64,000 nucleotides of DNA from Phallusia mammillata. Lineage: Eukaryota. Under the pieces are notes generated by a model, which searched no databases, was not told the DNA's origin, and saw only the letters and a program-made list of their open reading frames with translations. Below are positions 52,707-64,000 of this stretch, one piece after another; position 1 is the first letter of the stretch, and each line of letters opens with the position of its first letter. The position numbers and the translations under genes were made by a program. The DNA lies in contig OZ281495.1 in assembly GCA_965637545.1 (NCBI GenBank), positions 7,998,001 through 8,062,000 of the forward strand. Direction: 5' to 3'.

Positions 52707-55700
52707 ATGACTGCATCGGACAATGGCACGTCTGAAATTCCGATGGAGTTTTTGCTAAACGGTAAGTAGCAGTTTTTAAATCTTATTTGCACGAAAGCGT
52801 ATATAACCCTGAAAAGCCGAAGTTATATTTAAGTTAAACAGATCTTTTTAGAATTTTTAAATGACTTAAATCAAATCATATTCAAAAATCATATTCAAAC
52901 AACTAGAACTTGTGTGATTAAACTGAGAGTTTGTACAAAGTAGTTTCTAACCAACTGGTTATCCCGTAAACTGCATATTTTTCCTATATTTGTCTTACTG
53001 GAAAGAGAGAAAATTTACCTGTCAGTGACATCACTTACAATATTAATTTAATATTTGCAATTTGAAGCTTTTCATTTTATCCTTGTTTGCAATAATTCCG
53101 TTTCGTCATATCGTTTGCAGAAACGGATCACGGCATTAGCGAGATGGAAAACAATGATAGACGTGAAAAGAAAGTGATGGAAGCATTAAAAAGTGTCCAA
53201 AGATATCTGAAACTTATGTGGTTGTGTCTTCTCTCCCTGCTTCTGATTTTCGCTATTGGATTATTAGCTCTTTATTTTTCGGTGAGATTGTGTAAAAGTT
53301 AAGTCAACATTAAGCACGATTGCGTGAACTAAGATCATAATCCTAATACTTGTGTTCCGCATTTGACAAACTTTGCTATAATTGGAATAATAACAATCAA
53401 AAGCAAGCAAAGAAGTTTAAGGTTAGGTCTTTATGTTTATCGAGGATATGAGAAAAATTTTAATTAGTGTTTCCAATTTATTTTACGACCATCGATACTC
53501 TGCAAAAAGTAATTAAGACAAAACGCTTGAAGCTGTAAAGGAAAAGATGACAATTATGAGCGACAATTGCGTATCGGTGTGCTCAATGGAATTAACTTAC
53601 CATACTAAAGTTGAGTTGAGTTAATGTTTTCTGTTCAAAATTTTGTTAAAATTAACCAGGCCGGAAATAGCTGCGCAAGACATTTCAAAGCCTAAAAGAG
53701 TTACGAGTAGAAATAATGAATTTTTGGTTATATTCAAGTGAAAATTTCTTCAAATAATTTCCTTACCTTATAGCGATGTTAAGGTCAAGTTCATTTAAAC
53801 GTCGTAAACATCATTTATTAATAAATTGGTTTGCAAATGAGACTGAATTGGCATTCATTTGAAATATATTCGCTTTAACTTGTTAGATTTCTGCTAAAGT
53901 AGAAGTAGAGAACAAACGAGGTAATGGACCACCTTTAATGACAAATCAACAAAGTTATGAAGCTTCGTTTGACGATGAATTCAAAATCCCAGAAGGTACG
54001 AGATATAAAAGCGTTTGACTCCGATTTCAACCAATCAATGCACATTTTTTATAATAAATGAAAGTAAAACAATTATCTTTTCCAAGAAAAAAATATTTCA
54101 AAACTGCAACGATCAATTTCGTTTTTATTTAACATTATGCCATGTGTTACACTTTTCAGACAATGTACAGATGGACATGCAAAAAATGGAGAATGATTTC
54201 AAAAGCTTATTGAGTCAAAATTCCATGTTCCAAGGTAATTTTTGTTTTACCTTCATCTTCATCTTCACTTCAGTCTGCTTATACTATTGGGTCTGATTTA
54301 ACATTTTAAACCTTAGCTTTCCAAGACAAGTTGTAAGTTTGGCCAGGCTTTTTAAGAATGGGTTCGATTTTGGGTTCAGTTTGAATAAAACAAGCTTGAT
54401 TTGGACATGACGTTACACTAGGCCACATTTATGTCGCTATTTCACCTTTTGTTTTGGCAATAAAGTCTAATTCGGCCATTATTTTCAAAAATAGAGTTTG
54501 GGATAGCTTGCAACTCTGAAAAGTCAGTGAGTAAAAAATACAAATAAATGTGTCGTTCGGTCTAATTTTGTGAACATTTACGTTTTTAGATTTGGTTCAA
54601 CAGAACTTGACGGCGATTGCTGACGGTTTGGGGAGACTAGAAAATGCTTCAAGAAATACAAAAGGTGATATGGAAAAATAGTATATTGATGTCTAACCTT
54701 GGTATCGTACTAAGCCACTGAGAGCATTGATCCAATGATGCTAGTACAGAGTTGTAAACGAGTCTTAAACTGAAACCCGAACCCGAAATAACAAGATGGA
54801 AACCCGGCTTGAACCCGAACCGTTTTTGAGAACTTTAAATTTCAAGCCTCTGGAAAGACTAAGACAACAAATAAAAAAACAATAATAGACAATGGTCGTT
54901 AACATGACGTTTTTTGACTGTGGACATGCGGTCAAGTCCAGCGCTAAGCGAGTTACAATTATAACAAAAATACTGACACAGAATGTAAAGGCAGACCCGA
55001 ATCAAGCCCGTTTTTTTGTTAAAACCAAGCCCAAACCCGGACCGAAAGCCCGGCCCATTTAACAACTCTGTGCTAGTACAGTAGTTAGCTGTGAAAACTT
55101 CAAATCGAGAAACCAATAAATATCAGATCGTTTTTGCTATTGAATTCATGACTGCAATATGTAGCATAGTATGGGCCTTGTACTTTACCACATTGGTACC
55201 TCATAAAGCGTCCCTACAGCCGACCGGATAATAAAATACCGATTCAACGAGTTTCAAATAATCCAGGGAGCTCTTTATTGTCATGGCTTGAGTTATGAAT
55301 TACGATCCTGAACCATGAAAGCCAATAACATTTGTTATTACACAAAGTGATTTGTTTTACAGAGCTGCTTTAAAATAGTTTAACCAACTCCAGCTGCGAC
55401 TTATATACAAAAGACAATAATAGACCATGGTCGTTAACATGGCGTTTTAGGGCTGTTGACATGAGATCAGATCCAACACTTAGCTAGTTAAATTCATAAA
55501 AAAAAATACTGACACAAAAAGTGAGGCCCGAATAAAGCCCGTTTTTTGATAATACCTAATGTCGAACCCGGAGCTAACCCGACCCGACTAACAACTGTGC
55601 TAGTAGTTATAGCTGTAAAAACTTCAAATCGAAAAACTAATAAAGCACATTCCATAACAATCTGATGTTTTGTGTAAATTTTTGCTAACTTTTGGTAAAA

Positions 55701-58700
55701 AGGTATTTTGTTTTTCTAAGTCATTTGGGGTCAGCTCAGCCAACTCCAATCGCGACCTGCATCGGTTAAAAAGTAATTGCGCGAAATGAAAGGTTAAGTT
55801 AATAACTGACAATTATACAGTTCATTCTCACTGTCATTGTTACCAATTCATATGTTTAACATTCGGAAATAGCAAGCTATTTGTTGTTGTTGTTTTTGTG
55901 AATTTAGATAATATACAACAAAACCTAACTGAAATTGTCGGCATACTACACAGAGGGGAAAATCAAGAAGGTATGAAAAACATACAATGAACTAAATTGT
56001 TGTGCTTATTGCATTTTACCATATTATACTTGAATTGTTTTAATAAAGCGACATAATAACTGCCTGTTTCCAACTTATAACTCTGCATTTTTTTCCATTT
56101 TTAGACTTACTTCAACACAATCTGTCCGTTATAACTGACAGCTTGGATAGGCTTGAAAGCGGTGTCACAAATACAGAAGGTAACTTGTATGTACAACACT
56201 TGTTTCACGCTTGTACGTTTTAACTGTTCGTTGAATAATATGTAGACACCTAAGTTTAAAATTCTAGAAACTGATTTTATATTACCAACGCATTCTTGAT
56301 TATCAATTCCAGTGTGGACTGTGTTTTTTCTCAATAAGGCAAAAAAAGATGAATGAAATTTAATGTGTTAAACCGAGTCTTCAGATTGCCATCATCAAAA
56401 AAAGGATTCTTCCTATTCTACGTTAAAATATAAAGCGCTTCTAAAATTGTCTAAAATTGTGTTCATGATTGCAACATGTAGCATAAAATACGAGGCTTAC
56501 ATTGCCACCTCAAAAAATGGTTCACAACCGACCGGATAATCACATACCGATTAAACGAGTTTCGAACAATCCAGGAAGCTGTGTATTGCCATGGCTTGAG
56601 TTAGGAATTGCGATCATCAACCATATAAGTAATAAGCTATTGCTGCCACGAATAATAACAAAGTTAAAGAGCTCTTCTGACAAATGGAATTTTATTCCGA
56701 CGTTTCGACGTCCTATACAGGTCGTCTTCATCAGGGTAAGCAACACTGAATGCGATTAGTAAAGTGCACAATAATATATAATTTTTCCGCTCGTGGGCAA
56801 TACAGAAAGGACTGGTTCGAACTCATCCAAGTTTGTTCAAGAGATAGCACAGTTGCCGCCCCTGTCCAACGAAGAGGTATTGGTGTCGTATGACGTCGTG
56901 TCACTTTTTACAAGCGTTCCAGTGGAACTGGCGATGGACAACGCGTCATCCAGGATTTGATGCGACTATAGCCTTTAAGACAGAACACCATAACCTCATT
57001 GGATATCGTAGACCGTTTGCGGATTTGCTTCGAGCAATCCTTTTTAACATTTAAGGGAAGCTTTTACCAGCAGGTTCAAGGCACAGCGATGGGTTTCCCG
57101 GTCTCTGTGGTTGTCGCAAACATGACAATTAAAGCGCTTGAGGAAAAAGCCTTATCAACATTTGCCAACCCACCAAGATTCTGGCGGCGATATGTTGACG
57201 ACATTTTTTGTGTGATTGCTAAGAACAAGGTTGAAGCATTTCTACGGCATGCTTCGGTTTACCATGAAACTCCAATTGGTAAACTGTCTTCCATTGTTAG
57301 ATATTCAAGTCACAAGAACCGATGACGGTGTCTTGTACTCGAGAGTGTACCACAAGCCAATCAATACCGCAGCAGTGGCGTATCTAGGATCGGGGCGGCG
57401 GCAAACGCGCCATCTGGCGGTAGACTGTGTATACCTCTCTGTTAGCACCCGTGGTGCCTTCTAAACTCGCAATATCAACTAAATGCTGGTTAGCTGCTTA
57501 GTTACCCTGTGAAGCCCTTACCGTTGCTGTAAGTAACGAACGTCATAGTCACGATTCGATCGTATAGATGTAACACGTGGTATGTGTTACATCTATACGA
57601 GATGTAACACATACCTTTTTTAACGAAATCGAATAAAGAATGGAAGAAATGTAAAATATTCACTTACGTAATACGACACAGGGAATATACACTATCTACA
57701 TAAAGTCTATATGTCTATTTTTTTCGAAAATTCTACAATTACGTCGTCGTAATTTAATTTAATGTCGCGGTGAATAAATATAGAGGTAAGGCCATTCAAT
57801 CGATGTTCACCCATAGAACGCAGATAATTTTTTATGTATTTTAATGTACTAAATTAACGCTAACTTAATGCGGTTGTGACTGTCTCGACACAGTAAGTGT
57901 TTCCTCCTAATCATATTGTGAATTATCTTTTTGATCTCATCATCCCACATCCCAGAAAAGAGGGGTGGTTCGTTACCTAAATGATCAGGCACAACGCTTG
58001 TGCACTCATAGCGACAAAGAGAGGCGGGGCTGGCAAAGGTTCGCAAATCCTAGAAATTTAACGGCTACCCCAACTGGATTCTCTGTGATCGAATTGCAAC
58101 TTTTAAACAGGTGACCCAACCAAAGACAGAAGATTTTGTGAACTGACGGATATTTTACGGCGTATGTTGCGTGACTTTGGCATAGCGGTTGGCGTCCAAC
58201 CTGCCAATACTCTCCACACGCTACTGAGTCACCCGAAACATCTAATCAATACTTTTGAACATCGAAGTGTTGTATATTATATTCCCTCCGCCGTGTGTCC
58301 GTTAATATATACCGGGGAGACTGGAAGGTAACTCAACACCCGAGATAAAGAACATCAACGGGATGTTGCCAACAGCGACGCGAAGAAGTCGGCCCTTTCC
58401 AATCACGCGGTATTACAAGGCCACCGTATTCAATGCGGAGTCTTGGCCCGGGAGCCTGACTACAGGAAAAGACTATTTCGTGAGTCATGGAATGATCATC
58501 AACGGGGCAACACAATGAACATCAAAACAGACGTGATACTTTCAGCGTGCTACAGGACCTGTTCAAAGATTAGAGGCCCAATAATTCGTTATCGCGCGGT
58601 GTTTTCGTTGCGTTGTAACGTGCTTGCGTTCCATTCCTTTTTCCCTTTGTTTATCGTGCACTATACTAGTCGCATTCAGTGTTATTTACCCCGATGAAGA

Positions 58701-61700
58701 CGACCTGTTTCAGTCGTCGAAACGTCGGAATAAAATTACATTTGCCAGAAGAGCTCAACAATGTAAGCCAATAACATTTCTTATTAGACAAAGTGATTTG
58801 TTTTACAGAGTTGCTTGAGAATAGTTTAACCAACTCCAGCTGCGACTTGCAATCAGTTTCAAAAGATTTGCGTGACATGAAAGGTAAACTAACTTAAGTG
58901 ACAACTTGTTGTGTATTATTTTGTAAAAATATAGTTCGTAAATTTGTTTCAATTTGTCTCTGTTTTAAGATATTATGCGCCACAACTTTACTGAAATCGC
59001 AAGCATTCTAACAGACGGAAGAAAAAATCAGGAAGGTATTGAAAAATTTGTTTGAATTTATGATGTTAAATGAATGTGAACTATTTTTCATTCAATACAT
59101 ACAAATGCAATCACAAAAAAAAAACATTTTTAGGGTCAAAAGTATTTTTAACTGCGAATAACTTACAAACAGTAAAAAACGAAATAGTTTTGGCACTTGG
59201 AATGCTTAGATCAAAATAGAAATGGGCGCCGTGTCTATTTTCTCTACAAGCATTCCAACAAATTCCGCAAGTAAACCCCACAAGGGGATACAATTACTTA
59301 TTGCACGATCTTTTGTTATAATGAAACGCTTAACCATGACTAAAAAGTCCTGTTCGTGTTGCAATGCAAAATTTGTTTTTCTTTTTATTTTTGGTTCATA
59401 AAATTTATTAGATAGAGTCTAGATTCGCCGACATCGTTGACTCATGTGCGCAGTTGTGACTTTCAAACACAACTTTTTTGTATTTAATAGTTACCTTTTT
59501 TCAAATATGCGTTGAAGGCATGGCCTTAAACGACAGCCGTAATAGGTCGCTGCAAATGTTTCCCGGCCCTGCTTTCAACTTGACTAAGTAGCCTAAAACA
59601 TTTTACTCACATAAAAAAAGTAATCAATATTAGAATGCAACGAATGGTTGGTAGGAAAATACCCATATCCACTCTTTACACTCATACACACACAACAAAA
59701 GCCGGATCTATACTGCACGCTGGTTTCACTAAAGGTCGTCTCAAAGATAATTATGTTAATTAAATAGTTCGAAACCGCCACTCAATATATTCAACGAGTG
59801 CACGCCGACCTCACGTGGGCGAATAACCAATCACGAGCCTAGGTTATCAGGCCCATCCGGGAGTGGCAAATACTGCGGCGGAAAAATGCGACAGAACAAT
59901 AATGAATGAAAAATGAAACGATAACTGGAACGAACGGCGAGATAAACAAATCAAAACAACAACAAGTGAAAATATGTGGTTTGAGTGAATGAAAGACAAA
60001 GGTGTGAAAAATGTTAAACAAGTAATATAGGTGAAACGCATTTCTAAGATGGACAAATGTGAAAGCCGATTGTCCTTTTAAATATAATTACGCAACATTG
60101 TAACGATTGTTTTGTCATTTCTTTCGACCTCGCTGTTGCCGGTTGGTAGTGGGAGATGTTGAGGAGGTGCTTCCACTAGAAGCCTACTCCCCATAAACTG
60201 TATACTTTCTCCCCTAAACTGTAGGCCTCCACCATAACCCTAAGTTAAATGTTATCCTTCTCACTAACCCTAAGCCTCCAACCCTAATTGTTTCCTCTGT
60301 CCCAAACACAACTCTCCTTCCAATTGAAAAGTTTTCTTGGTTGTAGTCCTATTGTCGATTTCTTCCTCATCCTAAAATAATTATGACGGTTATTCCTAAA
60401 CTTTTCTCTTGCTTAAGTGATAACACATACTGATCTAACACTCATAAATTCATCTCAACGTAAAATAAAATGCTGTAACGAAAGTATACCTTCCTTTGAA
60501 ATTTCAAATGGTTTATATCGTAGCTAAAAGTGTTGCAACGTGATAACAGATACGCTTTAACACGCACAAATAAATCACAACATCACACTATTTTTTAACT
60601 TAAAAATTTTAAGTTTTTGTGAGTTATTTCAGGTGAAAATGTCGCAACGTAAACGCTTATCCTCTGATAAACCTAACAATCGTAGTATAAAGCAGTTCTT
60701 TTCTGGTAAACCGAAAACACGTACTGCTGCGCTAACCCCCGAAACCGCATCTGCAAACAGCACCACAAGTTCTGGGAACTGCATTTTTGGATATCCGTCG
60801 GATAGACGCTCGCGGGGCAACTTCTGCCAACCTATTCTGACTCTGGAAAGAGGTCGCTGCTGACTACAGTCTTGATGTGGGTAAACATGTCGCTATTGCA
60901 TGCGATAGAGCTGCTGCAATGATAGGCGGCCGAAATTCCCTCTCACAGCATTTGACTACACAAAATCCGATTACCTACACAGTGCACTGCCATGCGCATC
61001 GCTTAGTCCAGACGTGGAAGTACTTTTCAATTTCGCCGCTCAAGACCGCAAAACTAAGAAATGTAAACTGTTGATGTTGATTCGTCTGCGCGTAAATTAG
61101 TTAAAGCCTGCCAAATTGCTGGCTATCTCATGGTCAGGCCGTGATCGCAATGAAAGCAGAACTGCCTGCTGTACACGCTACGCTCCAATATTTTGCTACC
61201 GAGAAGAAAGATTGCACAGCAGTTGGTATTCTTCATTTAATTTGCTCCAAACGCTTTTTTTCTCCCTTTACTTGCTGAATGCTGCTTTGGTCCATCTCAA
61301 CAAGTTATCATTGTTGTTTCAAAAAGGTAGTTTTCACTTTTCTCACATGCAGTCGGCACTTTCGATATGCAGAAAAGAGATTAGGAGTATTGCTAATTCA
61401 GATCAGGTTTTAAGCAGCCTAAAACTTGAATGGGAGAAGATTCCAAAAATTTTACCAAGATCTCAAAATACACTTCTTGAAGATGATTTTAAACTGCTGC
61501 GATTCACCACAGAAACATACTGTGAGGCAGTGCTCTGTAATCTCGAAGAACGTTTCCCTGAGCCTGAGGTACTTTCTGCTTTTCGAATCTTTGATGCTAA
61601 TGAGATTCCCCTTGATACCCCTCAGCGCCAGCTTTATGGGAATAATGATCTCTCGCTGCTTATCAGAAGATTTGACATTGTTCCTGCTGAACAAACCTTG

Positions 61701-63729
61701 AAAGTACTAAATGACTATCAAACGTTGAAAGATAGAATGTATTCCAGCAAATGTTTACAGAGCTGCATCGACTTTGCTGCATCAATTCTTCTAGCAACCG
61801 CCTGGCCAGAGCGAGGATTTTCGACTCTATGTCGTATTAAAACCAAGCAACGAAATAGGTTACTGGATATCACCCTGAATGCTCTAATCAACATTTCGAT
61901 GAACGGTCCGGAGCAGCTCACAGACGAGGATGCACAAAAGATAGCTGAAAAGTGGCAAAAAACAAAGGACCGACGAACAGTGACAGTGCAAGCATTGAAG
62001 GAGTTAGAATCTGCAAACAACGAAGAAATGGAAGCTGGCGGATGGGAACGGGATTGCGAATCTGTTTTATTGCGTGAGATAGAACCTGAAAAAAATGTTC
62101 TGTGATTGTGCACCGCCAGTAGCCTAATAAATAATTCGTTTAAGCAAATATGGCTATTTGGGTATTTAAATGAAACACTTGCGGTCTCTTAAAACTACTT
62201 AGCGGTTACCCAAACCACCTTAAATAAACCTGCATGGGAGAAACAACGCCCAAATGCTATATGCTTACAATGGTAGCATTGTGACGTTGTAGATAGAGGG
62301 GATGCTTTGTATTTGTTTTCCAGTTGGGAAACTTTTCAGTTGTGACTTTGAAAGTGGTTTGTGCAACTTCACTGATGATTCGAGCGCTCATTTTACTTGG
62401 ACAAGAAATAACGGGTCCACGGCTTCAGACGGTACAGGTCCAAGTGTAGATCATACACTGGGAACGACTGGAGGTTAGTACTCAAATATGAAAAATGGGA
62501 GAATTCATTATTAATACCAAAAAAACCATATAACTTAAACATTTTTTAGATTTTACCTGCATAAAAACACACTTAAACTTGTTCAATTTGCAAACCATAA
62601 TCTGACGATAAATTTTTTTGAAATTATTTCTTCACTAAATGCTTTATGTTTTTAAATAGGTCACTACATGTACATTGAAACGAGTGACCCTCGACAAAAT
62701 CTTGACAAAGCAAGAATCGTTTCACCAATGTTGCCACCAACCAATGGTAAAAAATATATTATTCTCCATGTCATTATCTTTTTTTGGTGGATCAATAATA
62801 TAGTTGTTTGTTATGTAGTGATTTAATTTTATTCCCAAAAACACAAATTTTGCAAATTTACAGACTAAAGGTATTCTTTAACGCACAAATGTTAAACAAA
62901 GACTTGTTCAAACGGTTTGCAAACATATTTTTTACAGTTGTAGTGAATTCGGATTTCTAGTGCTTATATATATTTTTTAATTGAGGTTTCTTATTTAATT
63001 GAGACACAATGCAAACGTTGTATAGACCAAATATACGATTCTAAAACTGCCATTGCTCCACGAATTAATTCCAGGAAGACGGTTTGGGTAATCTTACGCG
63101 CTTTTTTGCTGGTTTAGACACTAAATATGCCTCTGTGTAGGAAAGTAAACCTCGGTCAATCCAGACCCATTTGGACCAAAACAATGTTGGTATATGACAA
63201 AAACACAAATTAACTGATGTCAATTAGTTAAAGCTTTTCCACACTATACACTCCACACAGTTAAGCTTAATTAAGCCTATAAACGATTGATTATGTGTTT
63301 TTAACTAGTTGTTGTTTTTTACGTTATCATGCATCAAAAAGTTATTGAAATGAATGTTTTTTTACAGGTCAATGCCTTAAGTTTTACAACCATATGTATG
63401 TAAGTATTAGAAAAACTACTTACAAAAACAATTAAATCGCTTCAAAGTAACATTTAAGACTGTTTAATGACTTGCAAATCCACACCTTGGCAAGTTAAAA
63501 ATGATTTCAGATTTCACTAGAAATGACGATGTTCTTTTTGCAAACGACAAAAAAAATCAAAAACAATCATACTTCTCAATACCTAATAGGGCACCGTAAA
63601 TCTCCTATTTAAATACATTAAACGACACAGATTTGTTTGTATAGGGCAACCACATTGGAACATTGAAAGTCTATTTAAAGAGACCAAATCGTTCCAATGC
63701 ATTAGTATGGAGTCTGAGCGGCAATCAAG
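52707..63729 (+). CDS. Gene D (3'-partial): chimeric type II receptor, B-type tail/TM/stalk + A-type MAM head
   Basis: Exons 52707-52761, 53121-53281 (TM), 53887-53920 (or -53995), 54160-54234, 54590-54664, 55908-55970, 56105-56179, 58809-58883, MAM 62324-62473, 62660-62746, 63368-63399, 63645-63729; last exon is beyond the window. Dead exons at 55363 and 55721 contain stops. Confidence 0.7.
54747..55070. mobile_element. hAT-type MITE
   Basis: CAGAGTTGT / ACAACTCTG termini; perfect 8-bp TSD tgctagta; partial duplicate at ~55410-55600. Confidence 0.85.
56692..56739 (-). ncRNA. Minimal type I hammerhead ribozyme motif in Penelope pLTR
   Basis: ttaccCTGATGAa-gacgacct-gtat-aggacgtc-GAAACGTC-ggaataa on the minus strand. 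Confidence 0.7.
58686..58733 (+). ncRNA. Hammerhead motif with core substitution (CCGATGA)
   Basis: taccCCGATGAa-gacgac-ctgtttca-gtcgtc-GAAACGTC-ggaataa. Confidence 0.5.
60633..62105 (+). mobile_element. Degenerate hAT transposase (ZNF862-like, hATC dimerisation domain)
   Basis: ACDRAAAMIG (DGAxxM-like), VHCHAHRL, LEERFP, ERGFSTLCRIKTKQRNRL; split across frames with internal deletions. Confidence 0.85.
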
Positions 63730-64000
63730 GTAAGAGATACATTGTATCTGTTGGCAAAACAAACAAATGTGAGGCAAAGTTTACATTTTTTGGTCGCGAA
63801 ATACTCTTTTCTTTTATGTCCATTCAAATATAATTTAAGCGGTGGTGGTTGTAATACAAAACAGTGCTCTGGCGTCATGTTTACTAATGTAAAACTTAAT
63901 GCTTTTCGGTTCACAATAGTACAATAGTAAAACTTTTTACACTCTTTAGAGTTTGTGTAAGTTTTAACAACCAAAGTCATCTGTTGCAAAAGGTTAGTTA

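Larger units (their letters stand above)
56632..58760 (+). mobile_element. Degenerate Penelope-like retroelement (RT + GIY-YIG) with inverted pLTRs
   Basis: RT motifs YDVVSLFTSVP, QVQGTAMGFPVS, WRRYVDDIF; GIY-YIG-like VVYIIP..YTGETGR*LNTRDKEH; ends 56663-56768 and 58656-58756 are inverted copies; interrupted by an unrelated insertion at ~57372-58050. Confidence 0.9.

Noticed and set aside
61116-62105. 329-aa ORF as a domesticated host gene
   Set aside because: The upstream catalytic region is frameshifted and internally deleted; best read as a decayed hAT transposase
2221-63989. Numerous short minus-strand ORFs
   Set aside because: They are antisense shadows of exons or AT-rich introns with no recognisable domains, apart from the Gypsy protease

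Overview
AT-rich, intron-containing animal DNA (probably an ascidian/tunicate-like marine invertebrate; this is inference). The ORF track is mostly spurious or exon fragments. Manual GT-AG splicing shows a + strand tandem cluster of type II membrane receptor-like genes: short cytoplasmic tail, one TM helix, a glycosylated coiled-coil stalk built from phase-1/phase-1 cassette exons of 54/63/75/84/168 nt, and a C-terminal head. Gene A (<1-7445) and gene C (34061-40425, apparently intact, ~347 aa) have short stalks and a MAM head. Gene B (15066-32439) has a ~575-aa stalk and a different, unnamed head with DGGNDMYDTGN / GNLGADGSG / VYGANDPSI motifs. Gene E (48483-50664) is a deleted remnant. Gene D (52707->63729) joins a B-type front end to an A-type MAM head. 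B and D share a C/EBP + NF-kB + ETS + TATA promoter module. Decayed secreted WSC-like genes with AP-1/ARE motifs lie between the receptor genes. The region also contains many hAT MITEs, a hAT transposase relic, a Penelope element and a Penelope fold-back with hammerhead ribozyme motifs, and Gypsy and L1-like relics. Overall it looks like a rapidly evolving innate-recognition receptor locus with variable stalk length and swappable heads.
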